A DNA stretch of 24,000 nucleotides. Source: Brooklawnia propionicigenes. GTDB taxonomy: Bacteria; Actinomycetota; Actinomycetes; Propionibacteriales; Propionibacteriaceae. The notes under the pieces are model-generated. The model saw only the letters and a list, made by a program, of their open reading frames with translations. It was not told where the DNA came from and did not search any database. Shown here one piece after another: positions 16,973-23,594 of the stretch. The position numbers were made by a program, and so were the translations under genes. The DNA lies in NCBI RefSeq assembly GCF_030297015.1, contig NZ_AP028056.1, forward strand, positions 234,939 through 258,938. Direction: 5' to 3'. Position 1 is the stretch's first letter. Each line of letters begins with the position of its first letter.

Positions 16973-18659
16973 CCTGACTTCCACAGGTGGGCGTGTTTCG
17001 TGATTGTTTGTGCTTGTCAGGGGCTCGCGGTTGGTGCTTTTCGGGCACTAACGGGCGGTTAGAATCGGGCTTGTGAGCCCGTATCTGCGGAAAGTGAAGA
17101 CCCGGTCGGGTGCGACCGCGGTGCAGATCGTGGAGACCAAGCACGGCCAGCGAGTGATCGTGGAGCATCTGGGGTCGGCCCATACCGACGCCGAGCTCGC
17201 GGCGTTGATGCGGGCCGGCCACGACAAGCTTCACGCCGGCCAGCCCGCCTTGGAGTTGGGTATCGATCCCCACGGTGCGCCGGTGGGTGCGGTCGCGGTA
17301 GTCGCCGGGACACGATCGAAACTCCTGATGGATGCGATCCGGGCCTCCTGGGGCCGGCTCGGGTTCACCGTGATCGATGACGAGGCGTTCTTCCAGCTGG
17401 TCGCAGCCCGGCTCGTCGAGCCGACCTCGAAACGCGACAGCATCCGGGTGATCAACCAACTCGGCATGCACGCGTTCCACGAGAACACCTACTACGCCGC
17501 GCTGCGTCGTTGCATGGCTGGTGACTACCGCGAACAGATCGCGAAGGCCTGCTTCACCCACGTGTGGACCGACGCTGGCGGGGACATCTCCTTGCTGCTC
17601 TACGACGTCACCACGCTGTATTTCGAGGCCGAGAACGAAGACGATCTTCGCAAAGTCGGCTTCAGTAAAGAGCGTCGTGTCGATCCGCAGATCGTCGTCG
17701 GGCTGCTCGTTGACCGGAGCGGGTTCCCGTTAGAGATCGCCTGCTATGAGGGTAACAAGGCCGAGACTGCCACGATCATCCCGATCGTCAAAGCGTTCCA
17801 AGACCGTCACCAGATCACCGACATGGTCGTGGTCGCCGACGCCGGCATGTTGTCCGCGACCAACCTGCAAGCCCTCGACGATGCCGGGCTCCGGTTCATC
17901 GTCGGGTCCCGGGTCACGAAAGCACCCCACGATCTGGCCAAGCATTTCTGCTGGCACGGTGACCACTTCACCGACGCCCAGATCATCGACACGATCACGA
18001 TGCGCCGCACCAAACCCGACCCGGCCAGGCTCGACACCTGCGACGAGCCGGTGTGGAACCCCCAAGACCATCCGCTAGCGTGGCGGGCGGTGTGGCAATA
18101 CTCCCGCAAACGGGCCGTCCGGGATCAACACACCCTGACCGCGCAGCAGAACCGGGCCCAAGCGATCATCGATGGCCTCCACCCGCCCCGTAAGGCCAGA
18201 TTCTTGAAGACCAGCGGGGCCACGCTCACCCTTGATCACACCAGCCTGGACCGGGCACGCCGACTCACCGGCCTGAAAGGCTACGTCACCAACATCACCG
18301 TCGACACCATGCCCGCCGACCAGGTGATCTCGGCCTACCACGAACTGTGGCACGTCGAGCAATCCTTCCGGATGTCCAAAACGACCTCGCTGCCAGACCG
18401 ATCTTCCACCACACCCGCGACGCGATCGAAGCCCACCTGACCATCGTGTTCACCGCGCTCGCGATCGCCCGCGACCTACAGGCCCGCACCGGCTGGAGCA
18501 TCAAACGCATCATCCAAACCCTCCAACCGCTACGCCACGTCACCATCACCATCACCATCAACGGTCACCCGATCGAAGCCCAACCCGCCATCTCCGACAA
18601 CACCCGAGAAATCCTCAACACCCTCGGGATTCCCGAGCACTAAACCTGTGGAAGTCAGG
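16973..18659 (+). mobile_element. IS1634-family insertion sequence (1687 bp) with 16-bp perfect terminal inverted repeats
   Basis: IRL CCTGACTTCCACAGGT (16973-16988) is the exact reverse complement of IRR ACCTGTGGAAGTCAGG (18644-18659). A single transposase gene fills the element. It is flanked by a 109-bp perfect direct repeat. GC content is much higher than the surrounding island DNA. Confidence 0.95.
17073..18643 (+). pseudogene. IS1634-family (IS4-related DDE) transposase, interrupted by a frameshift at an A4 run
   Basis: The N-terminus VSPYLRKVKTRSGATAVQIVETKHGQRVIVEHLGSAHTDAELAALM is the typical actinobacterial IS1634-family start. ORF 17073..18440 and ORF 18347..18643 together give ...YHELWHVEQSFRMSK / (N)DLAARPIFHHTRDAIEAHLTIVFTALA..., contiguous in homologues as recalled. 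The frames switch at CCAAAAC (A-run 18378-18381). One extra A would restore a single ORF of about 523 aa. Confidence 0.9.
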
Positions 18660-18768
18660 TCTGGCGAAGAACACAGAGGCTCCCGGATTCGCGTGGATCA
18701 CAGCCGATGTTTATCCGATAGATAGAACCAAGGATGACTCTTATGATTAGACACCTGCCCAAAGCACT
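18660..18768. repeat. right copy of 109-bp target-site duplication flanking the IS
   Basis: Identical to 16864-16972. Begins immediately after the IS right inverted repeat. Confidence 0.95.
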
Positions 18769-19414
18769 GGCAAGCCTCATAACGCTTGTTATTGTCCTAT
18801 GCGCTGGGATCACACAGGCTTCTGCAGCGCCGCCCACACCGACTCCGGCACCACAAGGCACGTGGGTCTTCACCGCGAGCAAGCCCGAAATGAACGCGAC
18901 TCACGCTATGGGAAAGTTCGGAGCGTCAGTTGATGTCGGTAGTAGTTCCAATACACTACGTTGGTATTTTCAGCTGTCCTCAGCGATGAGCGCCATGGCG
19001 GTAAGCCCAATGGACTGCAAGGCCACCCTCAACGGAAGACTCGGAAGCCCATACAGCGACTACCATCCCAACATCCCAGCTAGCTACTTGTGGCACTCAT
19101 CAATTCCCGCGTTGTCTTATAACACAGAATATAAGCTGGAAGGAAATTGCCGATATAACGCATACACGGGAACCAGCTACGGAAACATGGTTGTCGCATG
19201 GGCATTTCGTTTCAAGATCGACCAGAACGCAAAGGCGGCGAGCATGGATCCACAAGATAGCACTCTTGATATCAACTCGACCCAGATCGAATTCATCGAG
19301 GTTTCCGATGCGTCCAGCGAGGACTCAGAAACGTCGCAAGTCTTTGAAGTCGTTCCTACGGCCAACCCATATATCCCCGGATACGATATAGTCGGAGTGC
19401 TCACTCTTTATTAG
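18734..19414 (+). CDS. secreted hypothetical protein (Sec signal peptide, two Cys, acidic C-terminal region)
   Basis: The N-terminus MTLMIRHLPKALASLITLVIVLCAGITQASA/APPTPTPAP has a basic n-region, a hydrophobic core and an AxA cleavage site; it is not a lipobox. A second ATG at 18743 has better SD spacing and may be the true start. The mature part looks beta-rich, has 2 Cys (MDCKAT, EGNCRY), and matches no motif I recognise. Lower-GC island gene followed by a hairpin. Confidence 0.65.
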   Translation: MTLMIRHLPKALASLITLVIVLCAGITQASAAPPTPTPAPQGTWVFTASKPEMNATHAMGKFGASVDVGSSSNTLRWYFQLSSAMSAMAVSPMDCKATLNGRLGSPYSDYHPNIPASYLWHSSIPALSYNTEYKLEGNCRYNAYTGTSYGNMVVAWAFRFKIDQNAKAASMDPQDSTLDINSTQIEFIEVSDASSEDSETSQVFEVVPTANPYIPGYDIVGVLTLY

Positions 19415-19428
19415 AGATATCTCCTCTA

Positions 19429-19468
19429 GTGAGATGCCGTCAGCAGTGATTTGTCGACGGCATCTCAC
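19429..19468 (+). terminator. 13-bp perfect hairpin downstream of the secreted-protein gene (terminator-like, no T-tract)
   Basis: GTGAGATGCCGTC (19429-19441) pairs with GACGGCATCTCAC (19456-19468) around a 14-nt loop. It lies 15 nt after the stop at 19414. Confidence 0.45.
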
Positions 19469-20041
19469 CACGCTGTAGATCATTATTGTGTTTGGGCTCC
19501 TAGAGCATCACTCAACCAGCCTAGATGATGACATTGAGGGCATTGCGCAAGACAAGCTGGCGCAAGCTCGGCCTCCAACGCGCGGCGACGGCGCTGTCGA
19601 AGTATGACCCAGCGGACGTTCGTCCGACCTGCGGTCAGATCTCACTTGAGGAATTCAGGAAACTTCAGCGCCTAATTCGCCGTGCTACCAGGTCTGGTCG
19701 GCGCATCAACTAGAGACGATGTTTCACACTGATCGTCGACTACATCGCACAGACCATGTGCTAATCGCGAGAGTTCATACAGGCCCGAGTCTTCCTGAAG
19801 GTCCCGGCCAGCTTGGTCAACCTTGGTCTGGCGGTCGTCCCGAGGCGCGTACAGACCTAACACGTCGGATCGTGCGTGTCACTTACAGAACCACGCGACA
19901 ACATCTCCGGCGGAGCACAGACGGCCATGTGCAACAACCCGGTCATGATCCTCTGATCGGCATCGAAGTGTGCCACGCTCACTTCCTCGCGGCGGAACGG
20001 TCGCTGAGCGCAAGTCCACTGGAGTCTCGATCACCTCCTTG

Positions 20042-20515
20042 TCAGGCAAGCGGAGCGCGGCGGTACCCACCCCTCGGTCGCATATCTACGCCAGCTTTCA
20101 GCATGCTGCGCCGCAGCGCGCTCCCAGACACACTCAACTGCTCAGCGATACGGGTAACCGGCATACCTGCTTCGTAAAGCTGTGCCGCTTCTGCAACCAC
20201 ACCGTCGGTCGCGGTCTGACGCCGCACCTCCACGCCCTCCTCGCGAAGCAACCTCAAGATCCCCGTCTTCGAGATCCCGTGCTCCGCACACAGCTGAGGC
20301 GTACTGACACCGTCCCGGTACTGCTGAGCCATCTCTTTGACCTCCTCTGAGGAGAAGCGCCGGCGCAGACGCCGAGGCTTCTCTGAGCGCGTTGGGCTCT
20401 CAGGCGCCACCACAGCCAAGATCTCGACAGACTGCGCCGCCAGCCATTTCAGTTGTTGGAGAGTTGGTTCCAGTAGCTCGCAATTGTTCGGATGTCTGTC
20501 TATATTGGGAGCCAC
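20042..20515 (-). CDS. tandem helix-turn-helix DNA-binding protein (two resolvase/sigma-70 region-4-like HTH repeats)
   Basis: GTG start at 20515. Two internal repeats have the same pattern: EEVKEMAQQYRDGVSTPQLCAEHGISKTGILRLLREEGVEVR and GVVAEAAQLYEAGMPVTRIAEQLSVSGSALRRSMLKAGVDMRPRG. The N-terminal 50 aa are unrecognised. The gene may be truncated at its 3' end. Confidence 0.65.
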   Translation of the reverse strand: MAPNIDRHPNNCELLEPTLQQLKWLAAQSVEILAVVAPESPTRSEKPRRLRRRFSSEEVKEMAQQYRDGVSTPQLCAEHGISKTGILRLLREEGVEVRRQTATDGVVAEAAQLYEAGMPVTRIAEQLSVSGSALRRSMLKAGVDMRPRGGYRRAPLA

Positions 20516-20528
20516 AATGATCTTATTC

Positions 20529-20556
20529 GAACAAACGACCGAAAAGTCGTTTGTTT
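20529..20556. promoter_or_regulatory. perfect 10-bp inverted repeat (AACAAACGAC-N6-GTCGTTTGTT) 14 nt upstream of the tandem-HTH gene; candidate operator or plus-strand terminator
   Basis: GAACAAACGAC (20529-20539), loop CGAAAA, GTCGTTTGTT(T) (20546-20556). It is followed by TTCTT on the plus strand and sits in an AT-rich 75-bp segment. A related half-site, TTTGTTCG, recurs at 20573-20580. Confidence 0.4.
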
Positions 20557-20905
20557 TCTTGGGTTTACCCGCTTTGTTCGTCTGTTGGTCTGAAGCCGCT
20601 ACCTAGGCCGTCTTACTCGGACGACCGGCCGACGGAAGATGATCGGCGCATGCCGAGATCAACTCCCCCATTGAAGGCCGCCGATTCATCGAACCGTGGT
20701 CCGGGGAGACCACCAGCATGCGGATGGCCTGTTGCTGGATGCGATCACCCACGGTGCCGGCTCCGTTCATCGTTCCAGGACGCATCGTCTGTTGCCCGCT
20801 ATCACACGAAGTGGCACGGTGTTGGCTATCCACAGCATCTGGCTTTGGCCCAGATGCGACGGTGGATAACTCAGCGGAGCCATTTCTGTCCTCAAGACTT
20901 GCTAC

Positions 20906-21310
20906 ATGGCTTACAGAGACCTTCCGGCGAACTGGACAGAGCTTCCCCTTGATGATCCCGTTCGCTGCGCCGACGTGGTGGATCTGTTGCTCGGTTTTCG
21001 CGATCGAGCACGGAATTCCCTCCTGCTACTGCCTCGCACGCAGGCCCATGTTCCGCTTCTTCCCCTAATGATCATCGAGGACGTCCCTTGGAACGAGAAC
21101 GATGTCCAGCCGTTGCTGGGTATGTGGGGACATCTTGCCAACGCTTCCGAAGGTCCCCTGCTCATCTCCACCTCTCATCCCGGAGACGGCCAACCCGCAC
21201 AGCATCGCGCCTGGTTGGACGATGCCGTGGCGGGATTGACGGGACTGGGAATCCCTGTTCTGGGAACCTTCACGGCCGCACGTGACGGCGTCTACCGCCA
21301 CAGCTGCTGA
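20906..21310 (+). CDS. hypothetical protein (134 aa)
   Basis: ATG-initiated ORF with a protein-like composition (MAYRDLPANWTELPLDDPVRCADVVDLLLGF...). The codon third-position GC is intermediate, lower than neighbouring core genes by eye. A strong hairpin follows. No family recognised with confidence. Confidence 0.55.
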   Translation: MAYRDLPANWTELPLDDPVRCADVVDLLLGFRDRARNSLLLLPRTQAHVPLLPLMIIEDVPWNENDVQPLLGMWGHLANASEGPLLISTSHPGDGQPAQHRAWLDDAVAGLTGLGIPVLGTFTAARDGVYRHSC

Positions 21311-21378
21311 CCATCGAACGAAGATCGGATGCAGTGCCGCGAGGCACGACTCTTGCCGCCCAGATCCGCCACCGAACA

Positions 21379-21417
21379 GGTGATGCGTCTGCTCGCTTCC
21401 GGGGCAGACGCATCACC
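21379..21417. terminator. 14-bp perfect hairpin between convergent genes (bidirectional terminator-like)
   Basis: GGTGATGCGTCTGC (21379-21392) pairs with GCAGACGCATCACC (21404-21417) around an 11-nt loop. It lies between the stop at 21310 (+) and the stop at 21434 (-). No T-tract. Confidence 0.55.
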
Positions 21418-21433
21418 CAAACCCGCGGAATTC

Positions 21434-22078
21434 TCAGGGCGGCAGATTTGCGATCGCATAGTCGGCTTGCTCGGGAGTGAATTTCTCGCCGTACTCGGAA
21501 ACCAGCTGATCCCAGATCGCAGACGGTGACATGGCCATGGTGTTCTGGTAGCTGATCGCGGCTGCCAGCGCCTCGGCATTCCAGTCGGCGTCCACGTTGT
21601 CGATGGCGTACTGGGCGGCCTCGGGCGAGAACTTCTCTCCGTACTCCGACGTGAGCTGATCGTAGAGACGGGCCTGGCTGAAGTTCATGGTCTTGATGTA
21701 GCTCTGGGCCTTTTTCAGCGCGGACTTGTACTCGGTGGGCACCGCAGGCTCGGTCTCGGCCGGCGGAGCCGCAGTGGTGGGCTCCGGCGCCGGCGCTGCG
21801 GTCGTTTCGGCGGCGATGGTCACGCTCGGCTGAGCCGCAGCATCCTGGGTCTGGTCATCGGCGGAACCGCCTCCGACAAGCCGACTCAGGATAAAGAATC
21901 CGAGAATGACGAACCCCACGATTGCCCAAGCCCGCTTGTACCAGGGCTTCTTCGGCGCGCTGGCGGGCTGGAAAGCCGGCTGACCGTACGGCGGCGGCTG
22001 CTGTCCCGCGGGCTGCTGGGGCGGCTGTCCCTGGTAGTAGGGCTGCTGCGGAGGCTGATTAGGGGGAAACTGCGACAT
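21434..22078 (-). CDS. Ltp-family protein (two Ltp-type helical repeats) with Pro/Gln-rich N-terminus and one TM anchor
   Basis: N-terminus MSQFPPNQPPQQPYYQGQPPQQP..., TM helix AWAIVGFVILGFFILSRLV, a Pro/Thr/Ala linker, then two repeats: YKSALKKAQSYIKTMNFSQARLYDQLTSEYGEKFSPEAAQYAIDNV and ALAAAISYQNTMAMSPSAIWDQLVSEYGEKFTPEQADYAIANL. These match the host-cell-surface-exposed lipoprotein (Ltp) repeat pattern. Confidence 0.85.
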   Translation of the reverse strand: MSQFPPNQPPQQPYYQGQPPQQPAGQQPPPYGQPAFQPASAPKKPWYKRAWAIVGFVILGFFILSRLVGGGSADDQTQDAAAQPSVTIAAETTAAPAPEPTTAAPPAETEPAVPTEYKSALKKAQSYIKTMNFSQARLYDQLTSEYGEKFSPEAAQYAIDNVDADWNAEALAAAISYQNTMAMSPSAIWDQLVSEYGEKFTPEQADYAIANLPP

Positions 22079-22304
22079 GATGACTTCTCCTCACATTGGT
22101 TCTGGATCATGCGTGGAAGTCGAGGAGTCACCCCGGGTACTACGTCCTTGACTTCGTCTTCACGATTCGTGCCCACCTTTTCGGTGGGAGCTTCATGCTT
22201 GCCGCGACCACTGACAGTTTTCGGACACCGAGTACGACAATGCCCACTCCGCCCGATCGAGCCGGCATCCAACACCGCCAAATGCATCCACCTAGAGTCG
22301 ATAC

Positions 22305-22832
22305 ATGAACGCTCAGATCACACTGCACAAGGGCGACATCACCACCGACGCCGAAGCCGACGCGATCGTCAATGCCGCCAACACGTCACTGCTCGGAGGC
22401 GGCGGTGTCGACGGCGCGATCCACCGTGCCGCTGGTCCCGAGCTCCTCGCCGAGTGCCGGACCCTGCACGGTTGCCGCACGGGTGACGCCAAGATCACCA
22501 AGGGTTATCGCTTGCCCGCCGCGCACGTGATTCACACCGTCGGCCCCATCTACCGCGACGGGCGCCACGGCGAGCCTGCGTTGCTGGCCAGCGCCTACCG
22601 CCGAAGCATCGAAGTGGCGGCCGAGAACGGCTGCGCCCGCGTTGCCTTTCCGGCCATCTCAGCAGGGGTCTATGGCTATCCCGCCGATGAGGCCGCGCGC
22701 ATCGCCGTGTCCACCGTCGCGAAGGCGATGGCCGAGCATCCACAGGTCATCGAAGTCCGTTTCTGGTTGTTCAACGAACATCTGTATCGCGCCTTCGAGC
22801 AGGCCCTCCGCGAGTTGCACACGATGTCTTGA
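22305..22832 (+). CDS. macro-domain protein, O-acetyl-ADP-ribose deacetylase (YmdB-like)
   Basis: ITLHKGDITTDAEADAIVNAANTSLLGGGGVDGAIHRAAG and VAFPAISAGVYGYP are the canonical macro-domain ADP-ribose-binding motifs. Confidence 0.93.
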   Translation: MNAQITLHKGDITTDAEADAIVNAANTSLLGGGGVDGAIHRAAGPELLAECRTLHGCRTGDAKITKGYRLPAAHVIHTVGPIYRDGRHGEPALLASAYRRSIEVAAENGCARVAFPAISAGVYGYPADEAARIAVSTVAKAMAEHPQVIEVRFWLFNEHLYRAFEQALRELHTMS

Positions 22833-22916
22833 CTGAGTCTTTGATCACTTCAGCATTTTTTGTCAGCACGGGTGGATACGCTTGAAACAGTTGGCAGGAG
22901 CACGAAGGAGTGACGG

Positions 22917-23552
22917 ATGTCGGAGCCTGTGGCTATCACCGAGTACGTTGTGCGCACCATCGCCGAAACCGCAATCGACAATGAGAAGTACTTTTGCGAC
23001 TTGGATTCGGTCGTCGGCGACGGAGATTTCGGGTATTCCCTGGCACGTGGCTTCGAGAAAGTCCTGGAACAGTGGGACGAATTCGACCGCAGCAGCGTGG
23101 CCACGTTCTTGCAGAAGGTCGCGATGGTGGTCACCAGCAGAGTCGGGGGCACCTCGGGCCCGATCTGGGGCACCGCGTTCCTGCGGGCGTCCATGGTGGC
23201 TCGCAAAGCCGAGACCTTCGACGGAGCCACGGTAGTCGCGATGCTGCGCTCGGCCGCCGAGGGCATCATGGCGCGCGGCGGGGCATCCCTGGGTGAAAAG
23301 ACCCTGCTTGATGCGCTGGTTCCGATGACCGACACCCTCGAGCGGGAGCTCAACGACGGAGCTCCACTCGGTGATGTGCTGGACGCTACCGCCGCGAGCG
23401 CGGTCGAAGCGGCCGAAGCGACCAGCAAGCTCGAAGCCAAACGTGGGCGCGCGGCCTACACCGGCGAACGTTCAATCGGATCGGTCGACGCGGGAGCGAC
23501 CGCGGTCGGAGTGCTCGCCACGGCCGTTGCCAAGAACTGGCCGGGACGCTGA
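22917..23552 (+). CDS. dhaL: dihydroxyacetone kinase subunit L (ADP-binding)
   Basis: GAAGGAG SD before the ATG at 22917. DLDSVVGDGDFGYSLARGF, GGTSGPIWGTAF and GASLGEKTLLDALVP are DhaL signatures. Confidence 0.93.
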   Translation: MSEPVAITEYVVRTIAETAIDNEKYFCDLDSVVGDGDFGYSLARGFEKVLEQWDEFDRSSVATFLQKVAMVVTSRVGGTSGPIWGTAFLRASMVARKAETFDGATVVAMLRSAAEGIMARGGASLGEKTLLDALVPMTDTLERELNDGAPLGDVLDATAASAVEAAEATSKLEAKRGRAAYTGERSIGSVDAGATAVGVLATAVAKNWPGR

Positions 23553-23594
23553 TCGTCCACTTCCATCACTAATTCCATAGCGAGAGGATCTCCA

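Larger units (their letters stand above)
14836..20600. mobile_element. decayed tRNA-Met-associated integrative genomic island (right boundary uncertain, 20.6-21.4 kb)
   Basis: The island starts directly at the tRNA 3' end, with a tyrosine-integrase remnant reading toward the tRNA. The base composition of 15690-16970 and 18660-19500 is clearly lower than the flanks (roughly 50 percent GC versus mid-60s by eye). It contains IS sequences and orphan genes. No clean attR repeat was found. Confidence 0.6.

Noticed and set aside
18541-18558. (ACCATC)x3 hexanucleotide repeat inside the transposase (encodes TITITI)
   Set aside because: It is in-frame, short, and fully explained as coding sequence. 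Not an independent feature.
19525-19713. 62-aa basic ORF (MMTLRALRKTSWRKLG...)
   Set aside because: Short, with no SD or recognisable fold, and overlapped by an equally weak minus-strand ORF. Insufficient support to call a gene.
20231-20238. 8-mer CACGCCCT shared with the tRNA 3' acceptor strand (14824-14831)
   Set aside because: It lies inside the coding sequence of the tandem-HTH gene and does not extend on either side. Chance match.
20587-20606. GGTCTGAAGCCGCTACCTAG as a degenerate attR resembling the tRNA 3' end (GGTTCGAGCC...CCCTACCAG)
   Set aside because: The similarity needs a 9-nt gap and several mismatches, too weak to distinguish from chance. Kept only as a place to look when comparing genomes.
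20603-20833. 76-aa minus-strand ORF (..TVGDRIQQQAIRMLVVSPDHGS..)
   Set aside because: No recognisable domain and no SD, and it overlaps several equally plausible frames. It may be a remnant, but I cannot support a call.
22850-23440. 196-aa minus-strand ORF
   Set aside because: Opposite dhaL. Ser/Ala-rich shadow translation.
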